Source of the DNA: Ostreococcus lucimarinus
Lineage: Eukaryota
Strand: one strand, 5' to 3'
Assembly: GCA_000092065.1 (NCBI GenBank)
Contig: CP000585.1
DNA: 64,000 bases
A program made the position numbers and the translations under genes. Positions 50,579 to 59,590 of the stretch are shown in pieces. The notes beneath the pieces are model-generated. The model was not told where the DNA came from. It did not search any database and saw only the letters and a list, made by a program, of their open reading frames with translations. How positions within the stretch are numbered: the stretch's first letter is position 1; the number at the start of each line of letters is the position of its first letter.

Positions 50579-51085
50579 GTGCCCTCCCGCGACGCGGCGC
50601 GCCTCCGTAAACGTACCATGGGTATCGCCGCCAGCGCCACGTCTGGCTCCATCGCGCGTCGCGTCGCTCGTGACGACGACGCAACGAACAAGTCGTTAGC
50701 GTTACACCCCGTGCACGCCGACGCCCGCGCCCTCCCGCCCTGGACGCCGTCCTCCATCATCGACGCCCTCCCGGACGACATGGTGGACATCATTCTCGAC
50801 CACTGCACCGGCGTCGACCTCGCGCGCGCGGAGTGCGTGTGCACGAGGTTGCTCTCGCTCGCGCGACGCAGCGAACGAAGGTGGCGGGACGCCCTCGCGC
50901 GCGACTTCGGCGTGCAATTCGCCCCAGCCCCGGGCGTCGAACGACTGCCGGGGCTGCCGCGAGGATCGATGAAGCGCGAGTACGTCGCGTGTCGAGAGAC
51001 GCTCCGCGCGATCGTGCGTGGGTGCGCGAAAGGCGCCGACGGCGGCGTCCCGAACTTTGCGCTCGGGACGAGGGTGTACGCGTGA
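50579..51085 (+). CDS. F-box-like domain protein (small)
   Basis: F-box-like segment IIDALPDDMVDIILDHCTGVDLARAECVCTRLLSLA. 168 aa. The stop lies only 28 nt before the TMEM18 start on the same strand, so gene-model status is uncertain. Confidence 0.4.
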   Translation: MPSRDAARLRKRTMGIAASATSGSIARRVARDDDATNKSLALHPVHADARALPPWTPSSIIDALPDDMVDIILDHCTGVDLARAECVCTRLLSLARRSERRWRDALARDFGVQFAPAPGVERLPGLPRGSMKREYVACRETLRAIVRGCAKGADGGVPNFALGTRVYA

Positions 51086-51113
51086 ACGCCGCAGTCTTAG
51101 ACGCGCGCGATCG

Positions 51114-51581
51114 ATGGATTTCGATCGCCTGCTCGAGGGCGCGCTGAAGGATGCGCGTCGACATCTCGGGTCGTCGAGTAAGGACGGCTGGCGCGCCGCC
51201 ATCGACGCGTGGGTTGGGTTTTATAGCGCGGTGGATTGGCGCGAGCCGTGGTTGAGAGCCTTGCTCGCCGCCCACGCGTGCTTGTTTATCGTCGTTTTGC
51301 TCACGCGAAGAGATGAGCGAACGCAAGGAGTGTTGTTCTGCGCGTGCGCGGCGATCGTATTCATGGCGGAGCGCATCAACGCTCTGGCGGCGGCGAAGTG
51401 GGAAACCTTCGCGACTCAAAACTACTTCGACCCGAGGGGTCGGTTCACGTCCGTCGTGCTCTCCACGCCGCTGGTCGTGGCGACGCTCGTGATTTTGGTG
51501 AATTTGTTACTCATCATGACGTCGATGATGGTTGAAGTGGCGAAACGGCGCAAAGACGCGGGGGTGAAGAAGACTCAATGA
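51114..51581 (+). CDS. TMEM18: TMEM18 (transmembrane protein 18) homolog
   Basis: Internal Met MDFDRLLEG. Conserved DWREPWL motif (human DWTEPWL), then three TM helices and a basic C-terminal tail (KRRKDAGVKK), as in TMEM18. Confidence 0.7.
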   Translation: MDFDRLLEGALKDARRHLGSSSKDGWRAAIDAWVGFYSAVDWREPWLRALLAAHACLFIVVLLTRRDERTQGVLFCACAAIVFMAERINALAAAKWETFATQNYFDPRGRFTSVVLSTPLVVATLVILVNLLLIMTSMMVEVAKRRKDAGVKKTQ

Positions 51582-51612
51582 GTTTTGTCTAGTGTACTAG
51601 TACAGTGGAGCT

Positions 51613-51627
51613 TGTAAAAGAATGTAA
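51613..51627 (+). promoter_or_regulatory. Two TGTAA motifs 30-45 nt past the TMEM18 stop (candidate poly(A) signals)
   Basis: cttgTAAaag / aaTGTAAaac read directly; the function is an inference. Confidence 0.3.
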
Positions 51628-51761
51628 AACGATTGGTTGATTGCGTCCTCGACTTCGCGCGCGGATGCGTAAGGTTGCATGAATTTTTGTTACACATATG
51701 AGGTGGAAGTGTTGTGTTCATGGGGCTATCGATTGTTGGATAGTTGGAACTATGCCCGCCG

Positions 51762-52928
51762 TCAGTCAAATTTGACGACGTCGTGCTGAACGCAAATCTG
51801 TTTGATGTGGTCGAATTTCGACTTGGCGTCGGGGATGTCCAAGCTCAAGTCTTCGATCGCGCCGTTGGTGCGTATGAAGCCTTTCTGTAGTTGACTCGCG
51901 CTCAATTCGGCGCTGTCTCCGAGAACCTTGAATAGCCCGAGAATGACTGCAACGCTGTGGCAATCCCGCGGAGCTTCCAGCGCAATGTTCAACGCTTGCT
52001 TGACAAACTCGTGATGGAAGAAGGGCATGTGTAGGTCGTGCAAGCAACGACGAGTCTCCGAAACGTCGTTCGTCACCACGTATTCCTCCAGCATCGACTT
52101 GATTTGCAGCTTGGCGGCGTCCAGAGGCGACTTGTCGAAATCGCCCCACGCGCGAAGCACTCGATCAATGTGACCAGGTCCAAAGAGATGTCCGTGTGCC
52201 AGTAGAAGGGCCTCTTGCGACTGTTTACCTTCGCACGTTACGAGACAGGCGACGTTATCCGGGAATGAGGGCGGTAAGATGTCGTCGATGATGGCTCGCG
52301 CGATGAACATGCCCAACGTTTCAGCCGCGTCGGGAACGTCGATGGACAAATCATCCGCGGCTTCGACGAGACGCAAGAACCCACGCTGTATTTGCGCTCC
52401 CGACAGCGCGCTGGGATACAACGCGCTGAGTAACGTCGCCGCGGCTTCTTTTTCTCGATGCCCCCGGTCCATAGCGAGGGTAACGAGGCGCTTCACGAAG
52501 AAGTGTTCGTACACGGGCGCGTCCAACTTCTCCACGCTGATCCACGCCTCGTCAATGTCCGCAGAGTTGAAATACTCGTTGATGATCGTCTCGGCTTTGT
52601 TTTTGTACTCCACGACGACGTCCGATTTCGCGTCGCCCGCCGCCGCGCGCAACCCAAACGGTTCCTCCGTCGAGTCGTAATTCGGATCTCCCCTATCCAA
52701 CGCGAACACAGGCGATTCATCGATCACGCTCAGCACGCGCATTGTTTCATCACCCTTCTTACCCCGCCCGCTCGCTCGACTGTGCTGCACCCCGTGTCCA
52801 TCGGTCCATTTTTGCTCGAGCGCGTCGCCTCGCCGGTCCGAGCCCTTCGCGCGCGCCGCCTCCAACTGCGTTCGCTTTCGCAGCGTCGCGTCGAACGCCT
52901 TTTGCTGTTCGGCCGTGAGCAGCACCAT
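51762..52928 (-). CDS. PDCD4-like protein with two MA3 domains
   Basis: N-terminal RASGRGKKGD and DESPVFALDRGDPNYDSTEEP (compare PDCD4 VDVKDPNYDDDQE). Two MA3 units (AETIINEYFNSADIDEAWISVEKL... and DAAKLQIKSMLEEYVVTNDVSETRRCLHDLHMPFFHHEFVKQAL...). Confidence 0.7.
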   Translation of the reverse strand: MVLLTAEQQKAFDATLRKRTQLEAARAKGSDRRGDALEQKWTDGHGVQHSRASGRGKKGDETMRVLSVIDESPVFALDRGDPNYDSTEEPFGLRAAAGDAKSDVVVEYKNKAETIINEYFNSADIDEAWISVEKLDAPVYEHFFVKRLVTLAMDRGHREKEAAATLLSALYPSALSGAQIQRGFLRLVEAADDLSIDVPDAAETLGMFIARAIIDDILPPSFPDNVACLVTCEGKQSQEALLLAHGHLFGPGHIDRVLRAWGDFDKSPLDAAKLQIKSMLEEYVVTNDVSETRRCLHDLHMPFFHHEFVKQALNIALEAPRDCHSVAVILGLFKVLGDSAELSASQLQKGFIRTNGAIEDLSLDIPDAKSKFDHIKQICVQHDVVKFD

Positions 52929-53284
52929 GTCTGTCAGCGTCGACGCGATCTTCCGATCGCCCGTTCGTCCCTCTCTCTCTCGCGCGCGTCGCGGTTCCGA
53001 GAGCGGTCGGTTGGACCGTCGCTTTTCGACGATTCCTTCTCTCCGCGCGTCTCGCGCGTCGCGTCGCCGCGCGTCGCCGTTCGCGCGCGCGAGACCGAAG
53101 ATCGGACCCTTTCCGACGCTCCGCGCGCGCGCTCGCGCGTGTCCGTCGATCTACGCGCTCGCGTGTGCGGCGCGACGTCGACGCGAGGGCGACCCGCTGA
53201 CGTGGCGACGATAAACGCGCGCGCGTCATTTTATATGGGCTAAAAATAGTCACAGTATAGATGCCTGCGCATGAGTTACAGTTG

Positions 53285-53314
53285 GCGACCGCGACCGCGA
53301 CCGCGACCGCGACC
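53285..53314. repeat. (GCGACC)5 hexanucleotide microsatellite
   Basis: Read directly; coordinates approximate. Confidence 0.7.
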
Positions 53315-53382
53315 GACCCGCGCGTTCGCCGCGCGGCACCGTCGACGCCGCCGCGTCGACCGCGTCCCTCGATCGTCCCTCA

Positions 53383-53640
53383 ATCGTCGCAGTTCGGATC
53401 GTCGCGATCGAGCGCGTAGATCGGCGCCTCGTCGCGCATGCGAATCGCCGCGGCGTCGTCGCCCTTGCGTCCGCGTCCCGACGCCCTCGCGTGCGTGTGT
53501 CCGCGCGCGTCGCGCCACGTGTCGCGCTTCGGCGGCGATGCCGGCGGCGACGCCGCGGGTTCCGCCGCCGCCGCGGCGCGCGCCTCGAGCCGCAGGCGCT
53601 CTTCGTCGGATTTCACGAGCATGTGGGTTGGTTGGATGTC
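53383..53640 (-). pseudogene. Degenerate partial duplicate of the PDCD4-like N-terminal segment, ~450 bp upstream of the intact gene
   Basis: Minus-strand ORF ending at 53380 encodes ...HARASGRGRKGDDAAAIRMRDEAPIYALDRDDPNCDD* versus ...HSRASGRGKKGDETMRVLSVIDESPVFALDRGDPNYDSTEEP in the gene 51762..52928. The segment stops immediately after the motif and lies in extremely GC-rich DNA. Confidence 0.35.
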
Positions 53641-53945
53641 CCGGCGTCGGTCGTCTCGAGCGCGTCGGCGTCGCGCGCGGGCGTTCGCGGTGTCGCGGTC
53701 GCGCGTCGAGGGTGACGCGGCGCGCGCTTTTCGATCGCGCGCTTCGAGCGCGTCGACGTGTGCGCGCGCGCGACGCGCGCGCGTCGACGCGCGCTGCTGA
53801 CGCGGACGCGGGCGTCGGTCCGTGTTGCGGTCCGTGTTGAAGCGACGCTTCGCGTCGCGGCGTCGACCGACGGCGCGCGCGCGGCGACGCACTCGCGCGC
53901 GCGACGAACGCGACGAACGCGACGCGCGAACGACGCGCGATCGCG

Positions 53946-54638
53946 ATGCCGCGAGGGCGAACCGAGGACGGCGCGCGCGAGGGAGGACGGCGAAGGGTGA
54001 CGCGCGGCGGATGGCGATGGGTCCGCGGCGCCGCGCTCGCGGGCGTCGCGCTCGCGAGCGGCGGCGCGCGCACGGCGCTGGCGAAGAGCAAACTGCAGAT
54101 CGTGAACGCGGGACACGATATCGCGCACGCGTCGCACATACTGTGCGGGACGGGGGACGCGGGGAAGCGAAAGTGTCAGGATTACGCGGAGATGTTGACG
54201 CCGTACCAGGACTCGGCGCACACGCTGGAGCGAGCGTTCGCCGAACTCGCGAGGCGGTACAGCGAGTGTCCGACGGGAAGCGACGGTGGTGATTTGGGGT
54301 ATTTTCCGAGAGGCGAGATGTCGCGAGATTTCGAGAGCGTCGTGTTCGATTCCAAGACGCCGTTGGACGCGGTGGTGGGACCGGTGGAGACGAGAAACGG
54401 TTGGCACGTCATGCTCGTGCACCACAGGCATCTCGCGGATGAAGACGCGAAGGAAAGGGCGCGTTTGAAATCTGAAGAGATGAAGAGAGAACGATTGGAG
54501 CGCGCGGAGAAGCAGAAGGAGTATCAAGAGGAACGGGCGCGTCGAAAGGCGCAACGAGCGGCGAAGCGCCACGAGCGAGACGCCGATAGACACTCGCTTC
54601 ACGCACACGCCGAGGAGCACCTTCACGATGAACTGTAA
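53946..54638 (+). CDS. Parvulin-type peptidyl-prolyl cis-trans isomerase (PpiC/Rotamase domain) with signal/transit-like N-terminus and charged C-terminal tail
   Basis: Rotamase core AHASHILCGTGD...LGYFPRGEMSRDFESVVFDS...GPVETRNGWHVMLVHHR. K/E/R-rich C-terminus. Confidence 0.6.
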   Translation: MPRGRTEDGAREGGRRRVTRGGWRWVRGAALAGVALASGGARTALAKSKLQIVNAGHDIAHASHILCGTGDAGKRKCQDYAEMLTPYQDSAHTLERAFAELARRYSECPTGSDGGDLGYFPRGEMSRDFESVVFDSKTPLDAVVGPVETRNGWHVMLVHHRHLADEDAKERARLKSEEMKRERLERAEKQKEYQEERARRKAQRAAKRHERDADRHSLHAHAEEHLHDEL

Positions 54639-54705
54639 GAGCGCCGTTATGACAGCTGAAGCGTATAGACACCAACATCACCGCATGCATTAAAAATAAT
54701 TTGAA

Positions 54706-56037
54706 TCAATAACGTTCGAGAAGCTCTCGCAAATACTCCGCGCGATCCGCGAGCGCGCCCGCATTCGTCGTCACCCCGTAGCCATCCATCAGCTCTTCCG
54801 CTTGCCAGAGCTCGCGCAAAAGCTCCCAGTACTCACCGCCGTTGTCGGACAGAAACTCACACGCATCGGTCCAGTCGGGCTCTTCCTCGCAATACGCGCG
54901 AATACGTTTGAAATCCAGTTCGTGAATGTCGACGAAGACGCGACGAAGCGCCTCAGCCGACGTCGCGTCCGACGGCCCGTAAGCCGCGAGCGACGCGAAC
55001 ACGAGCTCGGTGAGCACCAGCGCCATGGCTTTCAGATCAACGACGACGCTTGTTGGCGTGCAAAGCGTACTACACCCAAAATTAATCAGCCTGACTTCCA
55101 GATCGTCCGCCTTTGTGTCTAAAAACGTGCTGCACAAAAACGTCGACCCGTCCAACGCCCCGTGCGCCACGCCCCTCTGATGCGCGTACCACACCCCCTT
55201 CAAGCACTGCTCGAACGCTCTTCTCACGTACCTCGCCCGCGCTTTCTTTGGTTGGTCTTGCACGCGCTGCACCGGAGGCCAAAACTTCGTCTCAGACTTC
55301 CCTTCCTGCTTCGCTCGCGCGTACTCGCTCAGCCTTCGCACGCCGTGCCACTCCTGCGCCGTCCACAAGCTCCTAGTCCCATCACCGTCGATCGAGGCCG
55401 ACGCGAAGTACCCAACCAGTCTCGCGATCGGTAACGCTTTTTGTGGCAGCATCCCCGGCCCTCGACCGTACTCATCCACCTCAATCTCCACGTCGTCGTC
55501 CGCCAGCAGCCGCTCGTACGCCCGCACCTCCGTCTCCGCGAACGCCGCCGCGCGTTCACCCGCGTACTCCTTCAGCATCACCGCGCCTCTGTCGGCGTTC
55601 CTCGAAATCGGCGGTACCGACGGTGTGTGCACGTACCTCCCCGCGTACACGTTCACCCTCGCCGCGCCGTCGTCGACCTCCTCCTCGACGCTCGACGCCG
55701 CGACGCTCTCCGGCGCGCCGCCGTCCGCGCTCGCGCGCCACGCGAACGCGCTCGCGCTCGGCCGCTCCGTGCGCAGCGTCACCGATCCCAGGCGCGTGGT
55801 GATTTCAAAATCGTCCGCCTCGGCGCGTTCGAGCGCGCTCCGCGTCGTCGTCGTCGGGTTCGTTCGACGTCCTCGCGCGCGCCCGTCGTGGATAGCGCGT
55901 CGACTTCGCGCGCGCGTTCGCGCGCCGGCGCGCGGCGCGCGCTCGAGCGCCGCGCGCGCGCGCACGACGCGAGCGTTCGCGCGCATGTCCCGCGCGCGCC
56001 GGTCGTTCGCGACCGCGCGCGTCGAGGAATGCCGCAC
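54706..56037 (-). CDS. Protein-kinase-like domain protein (probably pseudokinase or atypical kinase) with N-terminal targeting-like extension
   Basis: Degenerate catalytic-loop region VWYAHQRGVAHGALDGSTFL and DFG-like LINFGCS. No canonical Gly-loop/VAIK seen. Confidence 0.35.
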   Translation of the reverse strand: MRHSSTRAVANDRRARDMRANARVVRARAALERAPRAGARTRARSRRAIHDGRARGRRTNPTTTTRSALERAEADDFEITTRLGSVTLRTERPSASAFAWRASADGGAPESVAASSVEEEVDDGAARVNVYAGRYVHTPSVPPISRNADRGAVMLKEYAGERAAAFAETEVRAYERLLADDDVEIEVDEYGRGPGMLPQKALPIARLVGYFASASIDGDGTRSLWTAQEWHGVRRLSEYARAKQEGKSETKFWPPVQRVQDQPKKARARYVRRAFEQCLKGVWYAHQRGVAHGALDGSTFLCSTFLDTKADDLEVRLINFGCSTLCTPTSVVVDLKAMALVLTELVFASLAAYGPSDATSAEALRRVFVDIHELDFKRIRAYCEEEPDWTDACEFLSDNGGEYWELLRELWQAEELMDGYGVTTNAGALADRAEYLRELLERY

Positions 56038-56245
56038 TCGTCGACGCGGTTCGTTTCATGTCCCCGAAAACGCCCGCGGTGACGTCGGCGCCCGCGCGTC
56101 GCGACGAGCGCGCGCGCGAGGGCGAACCCGTGGAGGTGTTCGCCGCGCACTCGCCCTACGACGCGCTGTGCGTGCTCGTGGCGCTCGTTCTCGGGCTGTT
56201 TCGAGCGGCGAGCGCGCGGTGCAGCTGCTGAATCGAGTCGAAACG

Positions 56246-57805
56246 ATGAAGCGCGAAGACGCGCTGCGCGCGACGAGCGCGACGCTGCGCGCGCGATCCG
56301 TGCACGAAGCTCGCGTGCGACGATTGAACGACGCGCGCGCGAGGGAGGCGCCGGATGGGGCGTACGTGTTGCTCTGGGCGCAGAGCGCGCAGAGGACGCG
56401 CTGGAACGAGGCGTTGGAGTACGCGGTCGACCGGGCGAACGATAGACGCGCGCCGCTCGTGGTCGTGTTTTGCTCGACGGCGACGTACCCGGAGGCGAAC
56501 GAACGACACGTTGGGTTCATGTTGGAGGGGTTGTGTGAGATGCGGGCGACGCTCGGGAAGCGGCGAATCGCGTTCGAGGCGTTCGCGTGCGCGCCGCCGG
56601 AGGCGGCGCTGGCGGCGAGCGAACGAGCGATCGAAGTGGTGACGGATTCGGGGTATTTACGGTTACTTCGCGCGTGGCGGGATGACTTGGCGCGGAGGGC
56701 AACGTGCGCGGTGACGGAGATCGAGACCGAGTGCGTGGTGCCGCAGTTGGGGCAGGGGGCGCGACGCGCGGAACCGTCGGCGGCGACGTTTCGGCCGAAG
56801 GTGCTGGCTCGCGTGCGGGAGTTCACTAGAAACGCGTGCGCCGTGCTGCCTTACATCGCGGGCGAACTGGATGACGCGACGCGCGCGATTTTTGAGAAGA
56901 CTGTCGACAAGTACGAGCGGCTGCCGCTCGAGCGAGGCGTCGACGCGTGCTTGAACGTCCTCGACGCTTACGGGCTAAAGCGAGATCCCAGCTGTCCTCG
57001 CGTGTCGTCTCACGTCGGTGGAGAGTCTCGAGCCAAGGCGAAGCTCGATGTGTTTTTGACGAAAAACATGCTCTCGCGCTATCATCATTCGCGTAACGAT
57101 CCGTGTTTGTGTTTGCAGAGTCATCTGTCGCCGCACATTCACTACGGGCAAATCTCCGTCGTCGAAGTGGCTCGCAAAGCGCTCGCGTTTCGCGACGCAC
57201 ACGCCGATGAAGCCGACATCTGTGCAAGCGTGGATGTTTTCCTCGACGAACTCATCGTACGAAGAGAGTTGGCGGTGAATTTTGCGCTGCGAAACCCAAA
57301 GTATGATTCTTACGACGGGCTTCCCGAATGGGCGCGAGAGACGCTGGAGAGGCATCGAGGTGATCGCCGCGAATGGACGTATACACTCGAGGAGTTTGAA
57401 CACGGCCGAACGCACGATAAGTTATGGAATGCATCGCAACGAGAGCTTGTGTCCAGTGGTAAACAACACAATTACTTGCGAATGTACTGGGGAAAGAAAA
57501 TCCTCGAATGGAGCTCGACGCCAGAAGAGGCTTGGCGTATCGCGATGACGCTCAACAATAGATATTCACTCGACGGTCGAAATATGGTTTCTTTGACCGG
57601 CGTGGGATGGTGTTTCGGCCTGCACGACCGTGAATTCCACGAGGCGAGCATAACTGGCACGATTCGACGCTTTTCTGAATCTGGCATGCGCAAGAAGTTC
57701 CCAGCCGGAATAAAGGGCTACCTCGAGCGTTGGGGCGACGACGGAGGGACGAAACGCCAACTGCGACTCGAAGACGTGTTCGGCAAACGATCGAAATCGA
57801 AATAG
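56246..57805 (+). CDS. PHR: Class II CPD photolyase (deoxyribodipyrimidine photolyase)
   Basis: Start at internal ATG (MKREDAL), ~520 aa. N-terminal LLWAQSAQRTRWNEALEYAV...RAPLVVVFC. C-terminal FAD-binding signature HNYLRMYWGKKILEWSSTPEEAWRIAMTLNNRYSLDGRNMVSLTGVGWCFGLHDREF, diagnostic of class II photolyases. Confidence 0.8.
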   Translation: MKREDALRATSATLRARSVHEARVRRLNDARAREAPDGAYVLLWAQSAQRTRWNEALEYAVDRANDRRAPLVVVFCSTATYPEANERHVGFMLEGLCEMRATLGKRRIAFEAFACAPPEAALAASERAIEVVTDSGYLRLLRAWRDDLARRATCAVTEIETECVVPQLGQGARRAEPSAATFRPKVLARVREFTRNACAVLPYIAGELDDATRAIFEKTVDKYERLPLERGVDACLNVLDAYGLKRDPSCPRVSSHVGGESRAKAKLDVFLTKNMLSRYHHSRNDPCLCLQSHLSPHIHYGQISVVEVARKALAFRDAHADEADICASVDVFLDELIVRRELAVNFALRNPKYDSYDGLPEWARETLERHRGDRREWTYTLEEFEHGRTHDKLWNASQRELVSSGKQHNYLRMYWGKKILEWSSTPEEAWRIAMTLNNRYSLDGRNMVSLTGVGWCFGLHDREFHEASITGTIRRFSESGMRKKFPAGIKGYLERWGDDGGTKRQLRLEDVFGKRSKSK

Positions 57806-57863
57806 TATCATCAGTAGTCACATTTTGAATCATCATGTTGCAAACAATTGTATATGCTAAGCA

Positions 57864-59171
57864 TCACGCCGCGGCCGTCGTCGAGGTATCGAGGCGGTGT
57901 CTATCTGCTATTTCCGCTGCGCTTTGCGCGACCAAGGCGCGCAAATACGCTTCGACCGAACATCTTCCGGTCGAACCGACGGTGCTGTACGCCAAAAACG
58001 GGAGCTTTCTGAGAGCGCGACCGCTCAGTCCGTCGCAAGCTTCGGCAGCTTCGCGCAAAGTCAGCGACACCGGGCAACCTTTCGCGACACCATCGTCGAA
58101 TTCCATCGGCTCAGCGCCCTGCACCAAATCGCGACGAATGAGCTCAAGCACGCAGGAGCGCAAAATCTCGTACCTCGCTCGCATGCCGGGCGGGCCGATG
58201 TAGCATTTGATATCCGCGCGATCGACAAACGCTAGATCGATCGCTTCGGTGATGTTGCTCGTCGTTAGCACGATGGCGTTCGGTCTAGACTTCAGCGCGT
58301 CAAGCTGCGTGAGCAGAGCGTTGACGACGCGAATCGCGTCGCTGGGTTCCGAACCGTTCGCCGCACTCTTTCTCGCCGCAGCCAGACTTTCGACTTCATC
58401 GACGAGCACGAAAACCAAAGAATCTTCGTCTTCTAATAACTCTTGTATCTTACCGAACAGTTTACTCACCAACTTTCCGCTCTCGCTAAACCAACGACTG
58501 AAGAGCGAATGCGCGTTCACCTCCACCAACACGCTGCTCGAGTATATATGATTAAACCTGATGGACAACCGCTGCGCCAACGCCTTACACATCGTCGTCT
58601 TCCCCGTCCCCGGCGGTCCATGCAACAACACCACGCGATTCCACGAGATGAGCTGCGCGTCCACGCCGCGTTCACCGAACAACAGCGCCGCCGTCGCGTA
58701 CCGCAGCAGTCGCGTCTTCACCTCGTCGTCGTCGAAAATCAAAGACTCCCACGCGCCCTCAAAATCCACACACGGCAGGCTCCACTCCGTGTACGTCGCG
58801 ATCTCGTCTCCTTCCCCGATCTCCTCCCCCGGCCCGTCCTCGCACAGCCCGTACGCGCGCGTCGTCAGCGCGCACTGCCACGCCAACAACCGTCGCGTCC
58901 CGCGCCCCTTCCCCTCGTCCCCGTCCAGCCACTCCACGTCCGACACCCACACCTTATCGCACTGCGCGCGCAAAAACGCCCCCGCCTCGCACTTCCAATC
59001 GCTCTCGTCCCCGTCCACGAGCGCGCCCGCGCGCGCGTCGTCCACGCACGCCTTGCGCTCGAGCACGAACGTTCGAACCGCCGCCTCGATGGCGTCGTTC
59101 GTCGCCGTCGACCGCGCGCGCCGTCGCGCGTCGACGTGCACGCGCGCGACGATCGCGTCGCCGTCGCCCAT
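57864..59171 (-). CDS. TRIP13: TRIP13/PCH2 AAA+ ATPase (pachytene checkpoint protein 2)
   Basis: Walker A LLHGPPGTGKTTMCKALAQRLSIRF and Walker B VFVLVDEVESLAAARK. Long near-identical blocks to human TRIP13 (SLFSRWFSESGKLVSKLFGKIQELLEDEDSLVFVLVDEVESL...EPSDAIRVVNALLTQLD...VDRADIKCYIGPP...GLSGRALRKLPFLA). Start at internal Met MGDGDAIVARVHV. Confidence 0.8.
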   Translation of the reverse strand: MGDGDAIVARVHVDARRRARSTATNDAIEAAVRTFVLERKACVDDARAGALVDGDESDWKCEAGAFLRAQCDKVWVSDVEWLDGDEGKGRGTRRLLAWQCALTTRAYGLCEDGPGEEIGEGDEIATYTEWSLPCVDFEGAWESLIFDDDEVKTRLLRYATAALLFGERGVDAQLISWNRVVLLHGPPGTGKTTMCKALAQRLSIRFNHIYSSSVLVEVNAHSLFSRWFSESGKLVSKLFGKIQELLEDEDSLVFVLVDEVESLAAARKSAANGSEPSDAIRVVNALLTQLDALKSRPNAIVLTTSNITEAIDLAFVDRADIKCYIGPPGMRARYEILRSCVLELIRRDLVQGAEPMEFDDGVAKGCPVSLTLREAAEACDGLSGRALRKLPFLAYSTVGSTGRCSVEAYLRALVAQSAAEIADRHRLDTSTTAAA

Positions 59172-59314
59172 CGCGCGCGCGTCGCGGTCGTTCGTCGCGC
59201 GCGTCGCGTCGTGCGGGCGTCGCGCGTCGCGCGTCGCGACGCGTCCCGTGTCTCGACGAGTCACGACCCATCGATCGAGGTGTTAATTACTCAAAATAAG
59301 CGAATAGGAATCGT

Positions 59315-59324
59315 AATATAAAGA
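59315..59324. promoter_or_regulatory. TATA-like element (taatataaag) in AT-rich island of the TRIP13 / RWP-RK divergent intergenic region
   Basis: It sits in the only AT-rich ~70-bp stretch (59281-59350) of an otherwise GC-rich 420-bp divergent spacer. A promoter role is inferred. Confidence 0.25.
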
Positions 59325-59590
59325 CGTGATATTTCACATACATTTTTAACTCCAGACGAGAAGCGCGGACGAACCGATGACGACATGTCGGCGCGACGTC
59401 CCGTCCCGGGCGCGACGCGAAAACCGCGCGATACTGCGCGGTCATAGGCGACCGCGCCCCCACACGCGCGCGCGCGGACGCGCGCCGCTCGCGCCGGGTT
59501 TGACCGCCGACGAGGCCCGCGCGACGCGAGGACAACGACATCGTCTTCGCGCGCACGCGACGAGGGCCGAACGACGGCCGCGCGCGACGG

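Noticed and set aside
55625-56245. N-terminal 207 codons of the 726-aa ORF containing the photolyase
   Set aside because: Arg/Ala-rich, antisense to the kinase-like gene. Photolyase homology starts near ATG 56246.
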